Below are positions 51,926 to 62,119 of a stretch of DNA of 64,000 bases, in pieces. Origin of the DNA: Candidatus Poribacteria bacterium (GTDB taxonomy: Bacteria; Poribacteria; WGA-4E; PCPOR2b); the NCBI GenBank assembly GCA_965198175.1, contig OZ240245.1, positions 32,001 through 96,000 of the forward strand, read 5' to 3'. A program made the position numbers and the translations under genes. The notes under the pieces were generated by a model. The model was not told the DNA's origin. It did no database searches and saw nothing but the letters and a program-made list of their open reading frames with translations. Numbering within the stretch: the first letter of the stretch is position 1; each line of letters begins with the position of its first letter.

Positions 51926-53402
51926 ATACACCGCCAAAGAGTTTTACCATTAAGCCCCAGCCGCTAATCCCTGCGAAGATGATTAGTACGCCTGCCGATA
52001 CGATTGCGCCAATCAACATTATTGGGTGTGTCCGGTAGGGGGCGGGAAGTTTGAAGTTCAGATACAGCGCGGCGAGCATCATGAGTGCGATCGAGAAGTT
52101 TGCAAGGATGAAGCCTGCGATTTGGGTGAGAATGTCGAACGGGATGTTTAGCCAGACGAGGACGATTGTGGCGACGAAGATGTAAGCGCAAACGGTGCGA
52201 CGGATTTTATGATAATCCCACTCGCGTCGGTGCCAAACCGCTTGAAAGAACTCCTGAATCACGCGGGCGTAGATTTCGGGCAGCGCTTGCAGCGTTCCCC
52301 AGAGTGCTACGATGATGCAGATATAGTAGACCCAGACCAGCGACGCATGAATGTTGCTCCAGACGTGGGCTTGATTCGTGAGGAGTCCCCACCCCTCAAA
52401 CTGGGTTTGGAGCGGATATAGTACGGCAGCGCCGGATAACATAAACGCGCCCGTCACAATGAAAAGCACGATTGCGCCGATGCCGGCATCCCACCGCAAC
52501 GGTGCAACTAGTTTTCGCAGCTGACTCACTTGCTCCGGCGTGTCCGGCAGGTAGTCAATTGTGTCGTGCGTGAAAGCGTGTTGGCGGATGGCATTAATCT
52601 TCTGGTGACCTGTCAATCCCCATCTGTGCATCCCAATCCAGTTTGCATAGACGATGTATCCCATCACGGAACCGCCTACGTATCCGAAGGTTGTTGCCAT
52701 TGTCAGCAGCGGATTCTTTACAGCGTCTTGCGGCGCCCATTCTGGAAACGGCGGGATGTGTCCGAAACCGATGCTTCCGATGACCGCTTCCGAAAAATTG
52801 GGACGCACGATGAGCGTGCCTATGAGCGTACCGGTGACGAGAATAAGGCAGATGATAATTTGCTGTTTTTCTAGCCTTTCAAACGAAAGCCGCAAGCCGA
52901 ATGCAAGCGCGAGTGTGATAAAGCAAGAGGTGAAAATGTTCTCCCAGATCGGTTCTGCGATAGACGATGCCAGCGAACTTTGCAGTAAGAAATGGAACAG
53001 ATCGCCACACGGTTTGGCAATGGGTACCCAAGCCAGCGGTGCGCCGAGCATTTCCATCGCCACGATTGCGAGCGGCAGCCAACCACGGGGGCCGGGCAAC
53101 CGAGCCAAACGGTGCCCGATGTATTCGCCGCTGATGGCTGTGTAGCGACCGAGCAGATAAGTGACGAACACGCCTTTGACAACGCAACTGAGCAGTACTA
53201 GCCACATCAGCCTGTAGCCCGCCCACGCTCCGGCGCGCACTACGACAATCGTCTCACCGGCCCCGATGCTGACCGACGCCACAATCGCGGCGGGGCCAAA
53301 AACGGCGAGCAGTCCGAACAGTTTCTTAATTGACCACGGTTCACCAAAAGCACCGCTGACCGGTGGGATATCCACCTTGCCTAGATCTCGGTCTTCATTC
53401 AA
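51924..53402 (-). CDS. Nramp/APC-fold family transporter
   Basis: FGPAAIVASVSIGAGE, GAWAGY.LMW, about 11 TM segments. Confidence 0.75.
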   Translation of the reverse strand: MNEDRDLGKVDIPPVSGAFGEPWSIKKLFGLLAVFGPAAIVASVSIGAGETIVVVRAGAWAGYRLMWLVLLSCVVKGVFVTYLLGRYTAISGEYIGHRLARLPGPRGWLPLAIVAMEMLGAPLAWVPIAKPCGDLFHFLLQSSLASSIAEPIWENIFTSCFITLALAFGLRLSFERLEKQQIIICLILVTGTLIGTLIVRPNFSEAVIGSIGFGHIPPFPEWAPQDAVKNPLLTMATTFGYVGGSVMGYIVYANWIGMHRWGLTGHQKINAIRQHAFTHDTIDYLPDTPEQVSQLRKLVAPLRWDAGIGAIVLFIVTGAFMLSGAAVLYPLQTQFEGWGLLTNQAHVWSNIHASLVWVYYICIIVALWGTLQALPEIYARVIQEFFQAVWHRREWDYHKIRRTVCAYIFVATIVLVWLNIPFDILTQIAGFILANFSIALMMLAALYLNFKLPAPYRTHPIMLIGAIVSAGVLIIFAGISGWGLMVKLFGGV

Positions 53403-53548
53403 TTGGACGCGCTCCTTTCTGTGTGCGGTGCGGTTAGTGGTCAGCGGCTAGCGCATTGTTTTTTGCTGACCACTATCGACTTGCCACTGGTCACCGATGT
53501 TTTTCAGCTAAATTAGGAGAACAGCCCATATCTGCTCATTTCATTTAG

Positions 53549-53583
53549 AAAAAAAGCCCCTACCACTTTGCGTGGAAGGGGCT
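53549..53583 (-). terminator. Rho-independent terminator of the tRNA operon
   Basis: Minus strand AGCCCCT.CCAC GCAAA GTGG.AGGGGCT followed by a T run. Confidence 0.75.
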
Positions 53584-53593
53584 AGCACTTGAA

Positions 53594-53668
53594 CGTCCCC
53601 GACGGGATTTGAACCCGTGTCGCCAGCGTGAAAGGCTGGTGTCCTTGACCAGGCTAGACGACGGGGAC
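53594..53668 (-). tRNA. tRNA-Glu(UUC)
   Basis: Cloverleaf GTCCCCG...CGGGGAC; anticodon arm CCAGC-CTTTCAC-GCTGG; GGTTCAAATCC T-arm; no encoded CCA. Confidence 0.95.
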
Positions 53669-53674
53669 GAAAGA

Positions 53675-53747
53675 TGGGCCGTACAGGGGTCGAACCTGTG
53701 ACCACCTGATTAAAAGTCAGATGCTCTACCAGCTGAGCTAACGGCCC
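53675..53747 (-). tRNA. tRNA-Lys(UUU)
   Basis: GGGCCGT...ACGGCCC acceptor stem; TCTGA-CTTTTAA-TCAGG anticodon arm; GGTTCGACCC T-arm. Confidence 0.95.
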
Positions 53748-53852
53748 CAAATTGATGGTATTGGAGCTAGCGATAAATACTACCGAATTGCGACCCAAAA
53801 TGTCAACGCTGAGTTTTGACATCGGTATGGGCACCCCTCAACCAGCAGGTTA

Positions 53853-55145
53853 CTACTCAGATGAGAGAAAATTTGCATCGCAGATAACCGTTTGCTCCCT
53901 CTCTTTACCAACGGAAGCCACAACAATAGGAACATCTAAAAATTCAGCGACGTAAGCGATATATCGCTTTGCATTCGTTGGCAGGTCTTCGTATCGGCGA
54001 ACATCTGTAGTTGGCTGTTTCCAGCCTGGCAGCGTCTCGTAGACCGGCTCACATTCTGCGAGGATACGCAAACTAGCCGGAAACGTCGATTCTACCTTAT
54101 CATAACGCCTATAGGCAACACATACTTGAATTTCATCAAGGCTATCTAAGACATCAAATTTCGTCAGAACGATGCCGGTAAACCCGTTGATTTGAGTTGC
54201 ATAGCGCAGCGCGACAAGATCGAGCCATCCACAACGACGAGGACGTTGTGTTGTTGCGCCATACTCTTCTCCGACACGGCGAATCTCCTCATCTAGGTCT
54301 GGCGGCATCTCTGTGGGGAATGGACCGCCCCCGACACGTGTCACGTAGGCTTTTGAAACACCCAAAACATGATCTATCGCCTCGGGAGGCACACCAAGCC
54401 CTGTACAAATCGCACCGACGGTAGTGTTGGACGAGGTGACATACGGATATGTTCCAAAATCGATATCAAGCATCGTCCCCTGCGCACCCTCGAAGAGCAC
54501 CCGCTTTCCAGCTTTCATCTCACGGTGCATAAATTCAGGGGTATCAATGACATACGGCGCAAGCTGTTTAGAATATTCGTAGTATTTCTCAAGCAAGGCA
54601 ACTCTATCAACCTCGCCGCCGATTTGACTGAGAACATAATCCTTCGCTTCAAGATTGAAGTCAAATTTCTTCTGGAATAGGTCGAACTCAATCAGGTCCG
54701 CGACCCGTATTCCTGAATGACGATTCATCTTATCGACGTATGTTGGCCCAATGCCTCGAGCGGTCGTCCCTATTTTTAACCCACTTCCTAAATCGTCCCA
54801 TGATTCCATAACCTTGTGATAAGGGAGGATTAAGTGGGCTCGAGAACTAATCTTCAGACGATCTCCAATCTCAATACCACGTGCACCCAGATGGTTGATT
54901 TCAGTGAAAAGCGTCTCCAGATTGATAACTACACCGTTGCCAATTACATTGACAGTATGGGGATGTAGAACGCCAGATGGAAGGAGATGAAGGATGTACT
55001 TCTCTTCCCCGATAACGATAGTATGTCCCGCGTTATCACCGCCCTGATATCTTGCAACAATATCGGCGCTTTCAGCGAGAAAATCGGTTGTCTTCCCTTT
55101 GCTTTCATCGCCCCATTGGGCACCCAATATAGCGATATTCGGCAT
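53853..55145 (-). CDS. purA: Adenylosuccinate synthetase
   Basis: GAQWGDESKGK, GGDNAGHT, FEGAQG..LDIDFGTYPYVTSS, RPRRCGWLD. Confidence 0.97.
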   Translation of the reverse strand: MPNIAILGAQWGDESKGKTTDFLAESADIVARYQGGDNAGHTIVIGEEKYILHLLPSGVLHPHTVNVIGNGVVINLETLFTEINHLGARGIEIGDRLKISSRAHLILPYHKVMESWDDLGSGLKIGTTARGIGPTYVDKMNRHSGIRVADLIEFDLFQKKFDFNLEAKDYVLSQIGGEVDRVALLEKYYEYSKQLAPYVIDTPEFMHREMKAGKRVLFEGAQGTMLDIDFGTYPYVTSSNTTVGAICTGLGVPPEAIDHVLGVSKAYVTRVGGGPFPTEMPPDLDEEIRRVGEEYGATTQRPRRCGWLDLVALRYATQINGFTGIVLTKFDVLDSLDEIQVCVAYRRYDKVESTFPASLRILAECEPVYETLPGWKQPTTDVRRYEDLPTNAKRYIAYVAEFLDVPIVVASVGKEREQTVICDANFLSSE

Positions 55146-55186
55146 TATTTACATCCTCAAATAAGAATTCCACCAATGAGAAGGAT

Positions 55187-55582
55187 CTAGCGTTTGGAGA
55201 ATTGGAACCGAGCGCGGGCGCCTTTCTGTCCATATTTTTTGCGTTCAACCATTCGGGCATCCCGGGTGAGAAACCCTGCTTTTTTCAGGGTGGGCTTCAA
55301 AGATTCGTCCGCCTTAACGAGCGCGCGGGCGAGACCGTGCAGAATCGCTCCTGCCTGCCCCGAAATTCCGCCACCGTGTGCGTTGACGAACACATCGTAT
55401 CCGCTGTTATTTTCAATCACCCCGAACGGTTGTTTAGCAATCTGGACATGGTCGGCTCGATCGAAGTATTCCTCAATCGGTTTTCTGTTGACAACAAACT
55501 GTCCAGACCCACCAACGATCAATCTCACACGTGCGACGGAGGTCTTACGCCGCCCCGTTCCCCAATACTGTTCCACAGCCAT
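55187..55582 (-). CDS. rpsI: 30S ribosomal protein S9
   Basis: [40 protein letters not shown]. Confidence 0.98.
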   Translation of the reverse strand: MAVEQYWGTGRRKTSVARVRLIVGGSGQFVVNRKPIEEYFDRADHVQIAKQPFGVIENNSGYDVFVNAHGGGISGQAGAILHGLARALVKADESLKPTLKKAGFLTRDARMVERKKYGQKGARARFQFSKR

Positions 55583-55720
55583 TTTGTCTCCTCAATCTCA
55601 AGTCTGCAGCCTAGTCATCTGCTGCCAGTCTGTTACTAAATTCAAGCCGAAAAAAGCCCGTCTTTGGCTCCATAGACAGGCGAATCGGAGATGTAGTGAA
55701 CATTTTGCCTTCGCTGAAGG

Positions 55721-56149
55721 CTAAAGTTCCAATACTTCGGGTTCCTGCGCCTGGTGCGGATGATTCGGACCGGCATAAACCTTTAACTTCTTCATCAATT
55801 TACGACCCAAGCGATTTTTCGGAAGCATTCCCTTCACAGCATGTCGTATGATTTCTTCAGGTTTTTTCTTCATCTGCTCGTTGAAGGTGGTGTATTTGTC
55901 CCCACTCGGGTAACCGCTATAACGGAAGTAGGTTTTCTGTTCCGCTTTCTTCCCCGTGACGATGACTTTTTCAGCGTTAACTACAGCGACGCGATAGCCC
56001 ATATCCGCATGCGGGGTAAAAGTCGGACGGTGCTTCCCCCGAAGAACGGTCGCAATTTGTGTCGCCAAACGCCCGAGTACCTTTCCATTCGCATCTACGA
56101 CATACCACTTGATTTCCCAATCCGATTCTTTAAAAACGTAAGATTTCAT
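55721..56149 (-). CDS. rplM: 50S ribosomal protein L13
   Basis: [35 protein letters not shown]. Confidence 0.98.
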   Translation of the reverse strand: MKSYVFKESDWEIKWYVVDANGKVLGRLATQIATVLRGKHRPTFTPHADMGYRVAVVNAEKVIVTGKKAEQKTYFRYSGYPSGDKYTTFNEQMKKKPEEIIRHAVKGMLPKNRLGRKLMKKLKVYAGPNHPHQAQEPEVLEL

Positions 56150-56276
56150 TGTAAGCATAATTTGCCCCTGCGCTTAATCACAGAAATGTGTGCTCTGCTT
56201 CCGACGCGGCGCTTTGGCGCCATCTAGTGGTTGAGTCCTTTCGATGAAGCAAGATTGATTCTGAGCACAGCCTGAA

Positions 56277-56305
56277 ATAATATCATAACGGGATTGTTTT
56301 GTCAA
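56277..56305 (-). promoter_or_regulatory. Sigma70 promoter of rplM-rpsI
   Basis: TTGACA-N17-TATTAT. Confidence 0.65.
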
Positions 56306-56548
56306 GATGAAAGAAGCCTAATCTCTTCCAAGAGTTTTAATGGGAACGTATCTTGAACGGTTTCGATCCTGATTTTTCAATTGACACCAGTTTCAGTTTC
56401 TGCTAAATTGCCAATTTGTAATGGTGCTGTACGAGTTGTTATATTTTGAAAATCACCGTGAAAACGCGCTTCGGCGTGTCTATTCGATTGTGTGCAGAGC
56501 CGTATATGCGCGCTTTTCATGTAGAATTCGTATTGGAAAGGACAGACA

Positions 56549-57535
56549 TTGAAACGAGTTGGCAAACCGGAAGGCAAGTTTAATATCGTCATTGAGGAGG
56601 TCCCCACGTCTGAACCTGGTCTGGGCGAAGTTCGTGTCAAAGCAATACGGAGTCTTATTAGCCGAGGATCGGAGATGGGCGGGCGTTACACTCAAGAGTC
56701 CGCGATTGACCCGGAACGTATGGGATATTCACTAGCGGGAGTTGTTGACGCTGTTGGTGCAGGAGTTGAACACTTCGCGGTTGGAGACCACGTCGTTGCT
56801 TCGGCGCCGCACGCTCAGTATGTCGTTCGACCGGCGCGTGTGAGTTCACCACAGGAGCATGCGCAAGTGGTTCGGATGTTACCGACAGTCAGTTTCGATC
56901 AGGCTCCCTACTACCCGCTGGCAGCGGGAGCGGTAGCGTGGGTGGACATTGAAAACATACAACCGAATGACACGGTTGTTATTCTGGGGCAGGGGCTGGT
57001 CGGTAGCCTTATCATGCAGGTCGCAAAAGCCGACGGCAATGGGCGTATTATTGCCATTGACGCATTGGACAACCGGTGTCGGTTAGCGGAAGAACTGGGC
57101 GCTGACGTGGTCATTAATGGGGCTGATGAAGATGCAGTTCGAGCTGTCCGGCGGCTAACCAATGGCATCGGCGCCGATATTGTCGTGTACGCTGTCGGCG
57201 GACCTGGGGGACCCGAGGCATTCAATCAGGGGTTAGAAATGCTCGCCGTTGGCGGCTTGTTGCACCTGATTGGACTGTATGAGGCTGCACCGCTGCCGCT
57301 GTGGAGCGGGAAAATTCAGGGACGGCAGATTCTCGGGGGTTACTACGGTCAAACGGTTGGGGCGGGGATATCTCGCCGTGCAATGGAACTGCTTGGCTCT
57401 GGAGTCATCCGGACAGAGGAGATGACAACTCACCGATTTCCATACACGCAAGCCACGGACGCATTCGATCTCCTCTACAACAGGATGAACGAAGCGATGG
57501 GGGTACTTCTCGATTGGGAGATGGGTGAAGGGTAA
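56549..57535 (+). CDS. MDR (zinc-binding alcohol dehydrogenase-like) family oxidoreductase
   Basis: SLISRGSE, GYS.AGVV..VG, ILGQGLVG. Confidence 0.85.
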   Translation: MKRVGKPEGKFNIVIEEVPTSEPGLGEVRVKAIRSLISRGSEMGGRYTQESAIDPERMGYSLAGVVDAVGAGVEHFAVGDHVVASAPHAQYVVRPARVSSPQEHAQVVRMLPTVSFDQAPYYPLAAGAVAWVDIENIQPNDTVVILGQGLVGSLIMQVAKADGNGRIIAIDALDNRCRLAEELGADVVINGADEDAVRAVRRLTNGIGADIVVYAVGGPGGPEAFNQGLEMLAVGGLLHLIGLYEAAPLPLWSGKIQGRQILGGYYGQTVGAGISRRAMELLGSGVIRTEEMTTHRFPYTQATDAFDLLYNRMNEAMGVLLDWEMGEG

Positions 57536-57661
57536 AAGCTCAATTTTCGGGTTGACAGAGACTTGCCGATACGTAATAATAACTGTTGTCGTTGGTTAAC
57601 TTTGGAGCGTTTAGACCGTCAAGCAGTATTACAGGAGACTTCATAATTGAGGTGATCCACG

Positions 57662-58552
57662 ATGAAATACGATAAAATCAATAGAACCTTTGACTGCGAA
57701 CCTACCCTAACCGACACACAGATTCTGGATTTCTGCCGGGATGGGTACTTAATCCTAGAAGGTGTGATTGATGATGAAACTAATCAACTCACGTGCGCCT
57801 ATCTAAATGGAGAGCTACCGTCGAACCCAAGTTATATTCCCGATGGACTTACCCGTGAGGATTTAGAGAGAATCCGCAACTCCCATGAACCGAGTACGCT
57901 TTATCTAGAGGAATGGTTTATTGACAATGTGGTACACAATCCAGAAGTGACCGGTGTATTGCGGTCACTGTTGGGCAAGAATGTCGGGCTACCGGTTCTC
58001 GTGAGTCGGCATTCCACGGACTGTCCGTCCCCTGCACAAGGATGGCATCATGACGGTGGTTTTGTGAATGGGCCTAAAATAAACTTCATTGAGGTATTTT
58101 ACGTTCCGCAGGATACACTACCAGAAATGGGGCCTACTGAGGTTGTGCCAACATCACACCTGAATCCCCCTTATCCTGCGGAAGAGGCTAAGGGGGTTTC
58201 ATCTGGCGGACCCGCTGGAACCCTTGCCGTACATTCCCAGAGTATTCTACATCGAAAAAGCGACGCCACCGCAACGGGCGTGCGGCATATGCTGAAATAC
58301 GACTATTGGCGAACGGTACGCCCAGAAAGAGATTGGATTATTGAGCCGGACTTTGATTTACAGACAGCCCTTATCGATCGAACACCTCCTGACCTTACCA
58401 AATATGCAGGTGACATGTACAACTGGCTATGCGGTATAGGCGACGATTTTCTAATCACAGGCGGTCAATCGGGACCTGGAGTAAGCGTGAATCTAATTGG
58501 ACCGCCCTACGGTCCACATTATAAGGGGGAATCACAACCCGGTTCCATTTAG
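57662..58552 (+). CDS. Phytanoyl-CoA dioxygenase (PhyH)-like protein
   Basis: F.RDGYL, QGWHHD (HxD), MGPTEVVPTSH, ILHR. Confidence 0.8.
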   Translation: MKYDKINRTFDCEPTLTDTQILDFCRDGYLILEGVIDDETNQLTCAYLNGELPSNPSYIPDGLTREDLERIRNSHEPSTLYLEEWFIDNVVHNPEVTGVLRSLLGKNVGLPVLVSRHSTDCPSPAQGWHHDGGFVNGPKINFIEVFYVPQDTLPEMGPTEVVPTSHLNPPYPAEEAKGVSSGGPAGTLAVHSQSILHRKSDATATGVRHMLKYDYWRTVRPERDWIIEPDFDLQTALIDRTPPDLTKYAGDMYNWLCGIGDDFLITGGQSGPGVSVNLIGPPYGPHYKGESQPGSI

Positions 58553-58618
58553 CGGCGTTCGTCCATCGGTAGCGTTGAGGTTAATTTGTCGAACGCAGAC
58601 GCAGAAGGCATTAGCATC

Positions 58619-59503
58619 ATGAGATGGGCGCAACTCACCGTTACAACCTCTCAAGAAGCATCCGACGCTGTCGCTAATTACCTGTTCGAGTTGAATGCTA
58701 ACGGCATCGAACTCAAAGATGACTCCAACTCGTCTCACTCGGCGGTTAAGCTAATCTCCTACTTTCGCATGGATGATTTTGTTGGTGAGCACGTGCAGGC
58801 GGTACAGCGTTTTCTCGCACAGCTTCCTGAGTTCGGTATGAATCCACAGCCGGCGGAAGTTTGGCTGCGAGAGGTCGAAGAAGAAGATTGGTCAGTGAAA
58901 TGGCGGTCTGGGTTCCACCCTCGGCGAGTCGGGAAACGCCTCGTTATCGTGCCAACATGGCATGAAATGACGTACCAGGCATCTGAAATCTTGATTCGAT
59001 TGGATCCGGGAATGGCGTTTGGGACCGGGCATCATCCGACGACCCAAGTCTCCATGGAGTTGCTGGAGAAGGTTATCAGGAAGGGCGACACTGTCGCCGA
59101 CATTGGCACCGGATCCGGCATCTTAGCAATAACCGCTGCCAAGCTCGGCGCCATGCTGGTCAATGCCATAGAACTAGATGGGAAAGTGATGCCGATTGCA
59201 ACGGAAAATATCCAACGCAATGGCGCCGCACCCGTCGTTCATCTAAAGCAGGGCGACGGGCTCAAAGCGCTGTGTGGGACATATCACCTCATCATCTCCA
59301 ACATCCTGACAGAAGCGATTTTACGTATGATTCCCCAATACCCTCAATTCCTCAAAACAGGAGGAAAGGTCATATTGTCAGGAATTATGGCGAAAGAAGC
59401 AAATCAGGTCGAAAGTGAATTGCGAGCAAACGATTTTCACTGCATTGAGATTCGGGAACTAGATGATTGGACAGGCATATTCGCAAAGAAGCGCGGAGAG
59501 TAG
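58619..59503 (+). CDS. prmA: Ribosomal protein L11 methyltransferase
   Basis: EEDW...W, LDPGMAFGTGHHPTT, DIGTGSGILAI, ILSGI. Confidence 0.93.
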   Translation: MRWAQLTVTTSQEASDAVANYLFELNANGIELKDDSNSSHSAVKLISYFRMDDFVGEHVQAVQRFLAQLPEFGMNPQPAEVWLREVEEEDWSVKWRSGFHPRRVGKRLVIVPTWHEMTYQASEILIRLDPGMAFGTGHHPTTQVSMELLEKVIRKGDTVADIGTGSGILAITAAKLGAMLVNAIELDGKVMPIATENIQRNGAAPVVHLKQGDGLKALCGTYHLIISNILTEAILRMIPQYPQFLKTGGKVILSGIMAKEANQVESELRANDFHCIEIRELDDWTGIFAKKRGE

Positions 59504-59760
59504 CGGGGGTTCTAAATGGACGGTTTAAGTCGCAGTTTTGGAAGCCATTAAGGTTCGGGGATGTAACTGTCTAGACGGATTAGGAGGCATAATTCATAAG
59601 ACTGAATATTTCACTTTTCGATCGACAAGACTCCCTAAGTTTTTTTAGGTTGGGTTGCGGTGATTTTTTTATGGCGAGTATCCGTTGAATCATGATATAA
59701 TTTTACTTTCGCGGTTCTTGCGGCACATGAAGAATAACAACCAATTCGGAGGTAAATTTT

Positions 59761-60513
59761 ATGAAACGTCAATTGTTGTTGAGTTTTGTTTCAGCCCTTG
59801 TTGTTTTGGTGTGGGGATTAGTTTCGCCGGTATCCGCTGATCTCGAAGCGGGGCTCCTTGCTCACTTCGATTTTGAGGGTGATGGGGATGTCCTGATGGA
59901 CGTCACTGGAAATGGGAATGACGGCTCGATTGTCAGCGCCGAGCGGTCGGATGACGGCTATCAAGGCGGTAAATGCCTGCGCTTTGCCGACCCCGACAGA
60001 AAGGCGTCGATTCCCGGCGCCGGTGTTCTGGTTACAGATGGGTTTACGGTCGCCATCTGGGTCAATCAGGAATCCTTTGACCCCGAGGGTGAAAATCGAC
60101 TGATTTACAAACACGGTCAATATAATTTCGATCTTCTGCGGGGAGGCGGCCGCCTTGAAATCCGAGCGGAAGGCGGATGGCACGGTACTGCTCCCGCTGA
60201 GCCGTTGAGCGTGAACGAGTGGCATCTCGTCGTAGCGACGCTCGACGGACAAGAATCGACGCACTACATTGATGGCGAAGTTGTTGGCGGAAACAGCGGA
60301 ATCCCTGGACCAATCGAGCAAACCGAATCCGATATTGCGCTGGGGAATATCGGACTGAATTCGTTTGTGGGTTGCATGGATAACTTGCGTGTCTACAATC
60401 GCGCACTCAGTGCTGATGAAGTATCGTCGTTGTTTCTAGGCAGCGACGGGGAAGCCGTTTCGCCTGATGGGTCACTTGTGACCACATGGGCAACAATTAA
60501 ACACGCCCCGTAG
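59761..60513 (+). CDS. Secreted LamG domain protein
   Basis: Signal peptide, DVTGNGNDG, EWHLVVATLDG, MDNLRVYNRAL, LVTTWATIK tail. Confidence 0.85.
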   Translation: MKRQLLLSFVSALVVLVWGLVSPVSADLEAGLLAHFDFEGDGDVLMDVTGNGNDGSIVSAERSDDGYQGGKCLRFADPDRKASIPGAGVLVTDGFTVAIWVNQESFDPEGENRLIYKHGQYNFDLLRGGGRLEIRAEGGWHGTAPAEPLSVNEWHLVVATLDGQESTHYIDGEVVGGNSGIPGPIEQTESDIALGNIGLNSFVGCMDNLRVYNRALSADEVSSLFLGSDGEAVSPDGSLVTTWATIKHAP

Positions 60514-60649
60514 TAGACTCCCAGCCTCACAATCCAATAGATTGAGAAGAGGTAGGAATATTTCCTGATTCTCGATCTATTGGACTCTTACGCAGGAATG
60601 TCGATGATGCTATTGGTCAGTTTATAATTTAGATTTAGGAGGAGAAAAA

Positions 60650-61402
60650 ATGAAATGCCAATTCCTGTTCTATGTTGCGGCGGCGCTCGTTTTGCTGTTA
60701 GGAGCATGGGTATCGTACGCCCCCGCCGCCCTGGAAGACGGACTCGTAGGTTATTATCAGTTCGAGGGGAATGATGATGGTCTCAAAGACTCGAGTGGTA
60801 ATGAGAACCACGGTAGAAATCTGAGCGCCGAGCGGACGGATGATGGTAAATTCGGTAAAGGATTACGCTTTAACAACAACCAGCAGGGAGCCATGATTCC
60901 TGGGTCAGATTCTCTATTGGTCAAAAACGACGAATTCACCGTTGCCTTCTGGGCTTTTCCGGAAATTATTCCGGAAGGTGAAAATCGAGCCATCTACAAA
61001 CACCAACAATACAACGTCGATCTTCTTCATGGCGGCGGCAGGATGGAAATTCGGGTCGCTAATGCCTGGAAAGGGACTGGTGTAGGTAATGTGATGGAAG
61101 TGAACGAGTGGCACCTAATCGTGGCTACTGTATTTGAGGAGACAGGAACTTACTATACCGATGGTGTCCGACAGGGTCAGGTTCAAGGCATCTTTAAGAT
61201 CGATGTTAATGTATCAGACATCCAAATCGGGTTCATGAGCTTGAATTCGTATGTGGGTGTAATGGACGAACTTCGGATCTACAATCGTGGATTTGACGAA
61301 GATGAAGTATTGGAGTTGTTTGAATTAGAGCCGGGAGAACAAGCCGTAAACCCCCGTCATTCAATGACTACCGCATGGGGTGCGATAAAGTACCTGCGTT
61401 AA
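60650..61402 (+). CDS. Secreted LamG domain protein, tandem paralogue
   Basis: Shares EGENR.IYKH.QYN.DLL.GGGR.EIR with the upstream gene; MTTAWGAIK tail. Confidence 0.85.
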   Translation: MKCQFLFYVAAALVLLLGAWVSYAPAALEDGLVGYYQFEGNDDGLKDSSGNENHGRNLSAERTDDGKFGKGLRFNNNQQGAMIPGSDSLLVKNDEFTVAFWAFPEIIPEGENRAIYKHQQYNVDLLHGGGRMEIRVANAWKGTGVGNVMEVNEWHLIVATVFEETGTYYTDGVRQGQVQGIFKIDVNVSDIQIGFMSLNSYVGVMDELRIYNRGFDEDEVLELFELEPGEQAVNPRHSMTTAWGAIKYLR

Positions 61403-62119
61403 TACCCAGCCTCGGGTAAGTTGGGCTTTTTGTAAGCGATTGTCCTCACGAACGAAATGACGAATCTCTTTCGCCTAAGACCAGTTTGGGGCGGCGGATG
61501 GCAAGTTTGTGGGGGGCGAACCTTTCCCTGAAAGACTCGATCTGACCAGTCTACAGGAAAAATGCGTATCGCTTTGTCGAGCGAGGGAAAATTTGCCCCG
61601 TCGCACTCACGCTGGATGAAATCGGCGGAGACGGCTATACTGTAGGGGGTAGTATATCGGCATTCCAACCTGCTCTCGCACATTTCGCTAGAAGGCACCC
61701 CCTCTTTCCGCTAAATGCCGAAGGAAAGAAATAAGACATCAAGTAGGCATCTGGTTTCTCAAGAGTTATTTGTTTGCCCGGGCTCTTATTCACACCTGAA
61801 GAGAGCATAATGCAAATCGAGCTCGTGTTGGAATTCGCAGTCTAAGCCCCGAATACCGTCAAGCCACAAAGAATATTGAGTTCTCAGGCACATTGGGATG
61901 CTCAGAGGTGTGCGCCCATGCCGGATGAAGATAATAGTCTCTCAAAACCCCCTTCTCGTCACCCTTCCTGGAATCCTCATCAAATGTATCTCATCCCAAC
62001 ACCCGCCACATTTGACTGAACTGGTCAGATTGTTCCCTCCAACTCGATTCCATTCCAAGGTTGTTTTACATTGAAGCTAAGAGAATTCAAAAGTTCAGAT
62101 CGCGGTGGCGATAAACACT

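Noticed and set aside
53541..53834. 97-aa ORF
   Set aside because: It overlaps tRNA-Lys and tRNA-Glu.
61540..62030. 11-bp inverted repeat ATCTGACCAGT/ACTGGTCAGAT about 480 bp apart (MITE ends or operator)
   Set aside because: Too short, with no target duplication and no second copy in the window.
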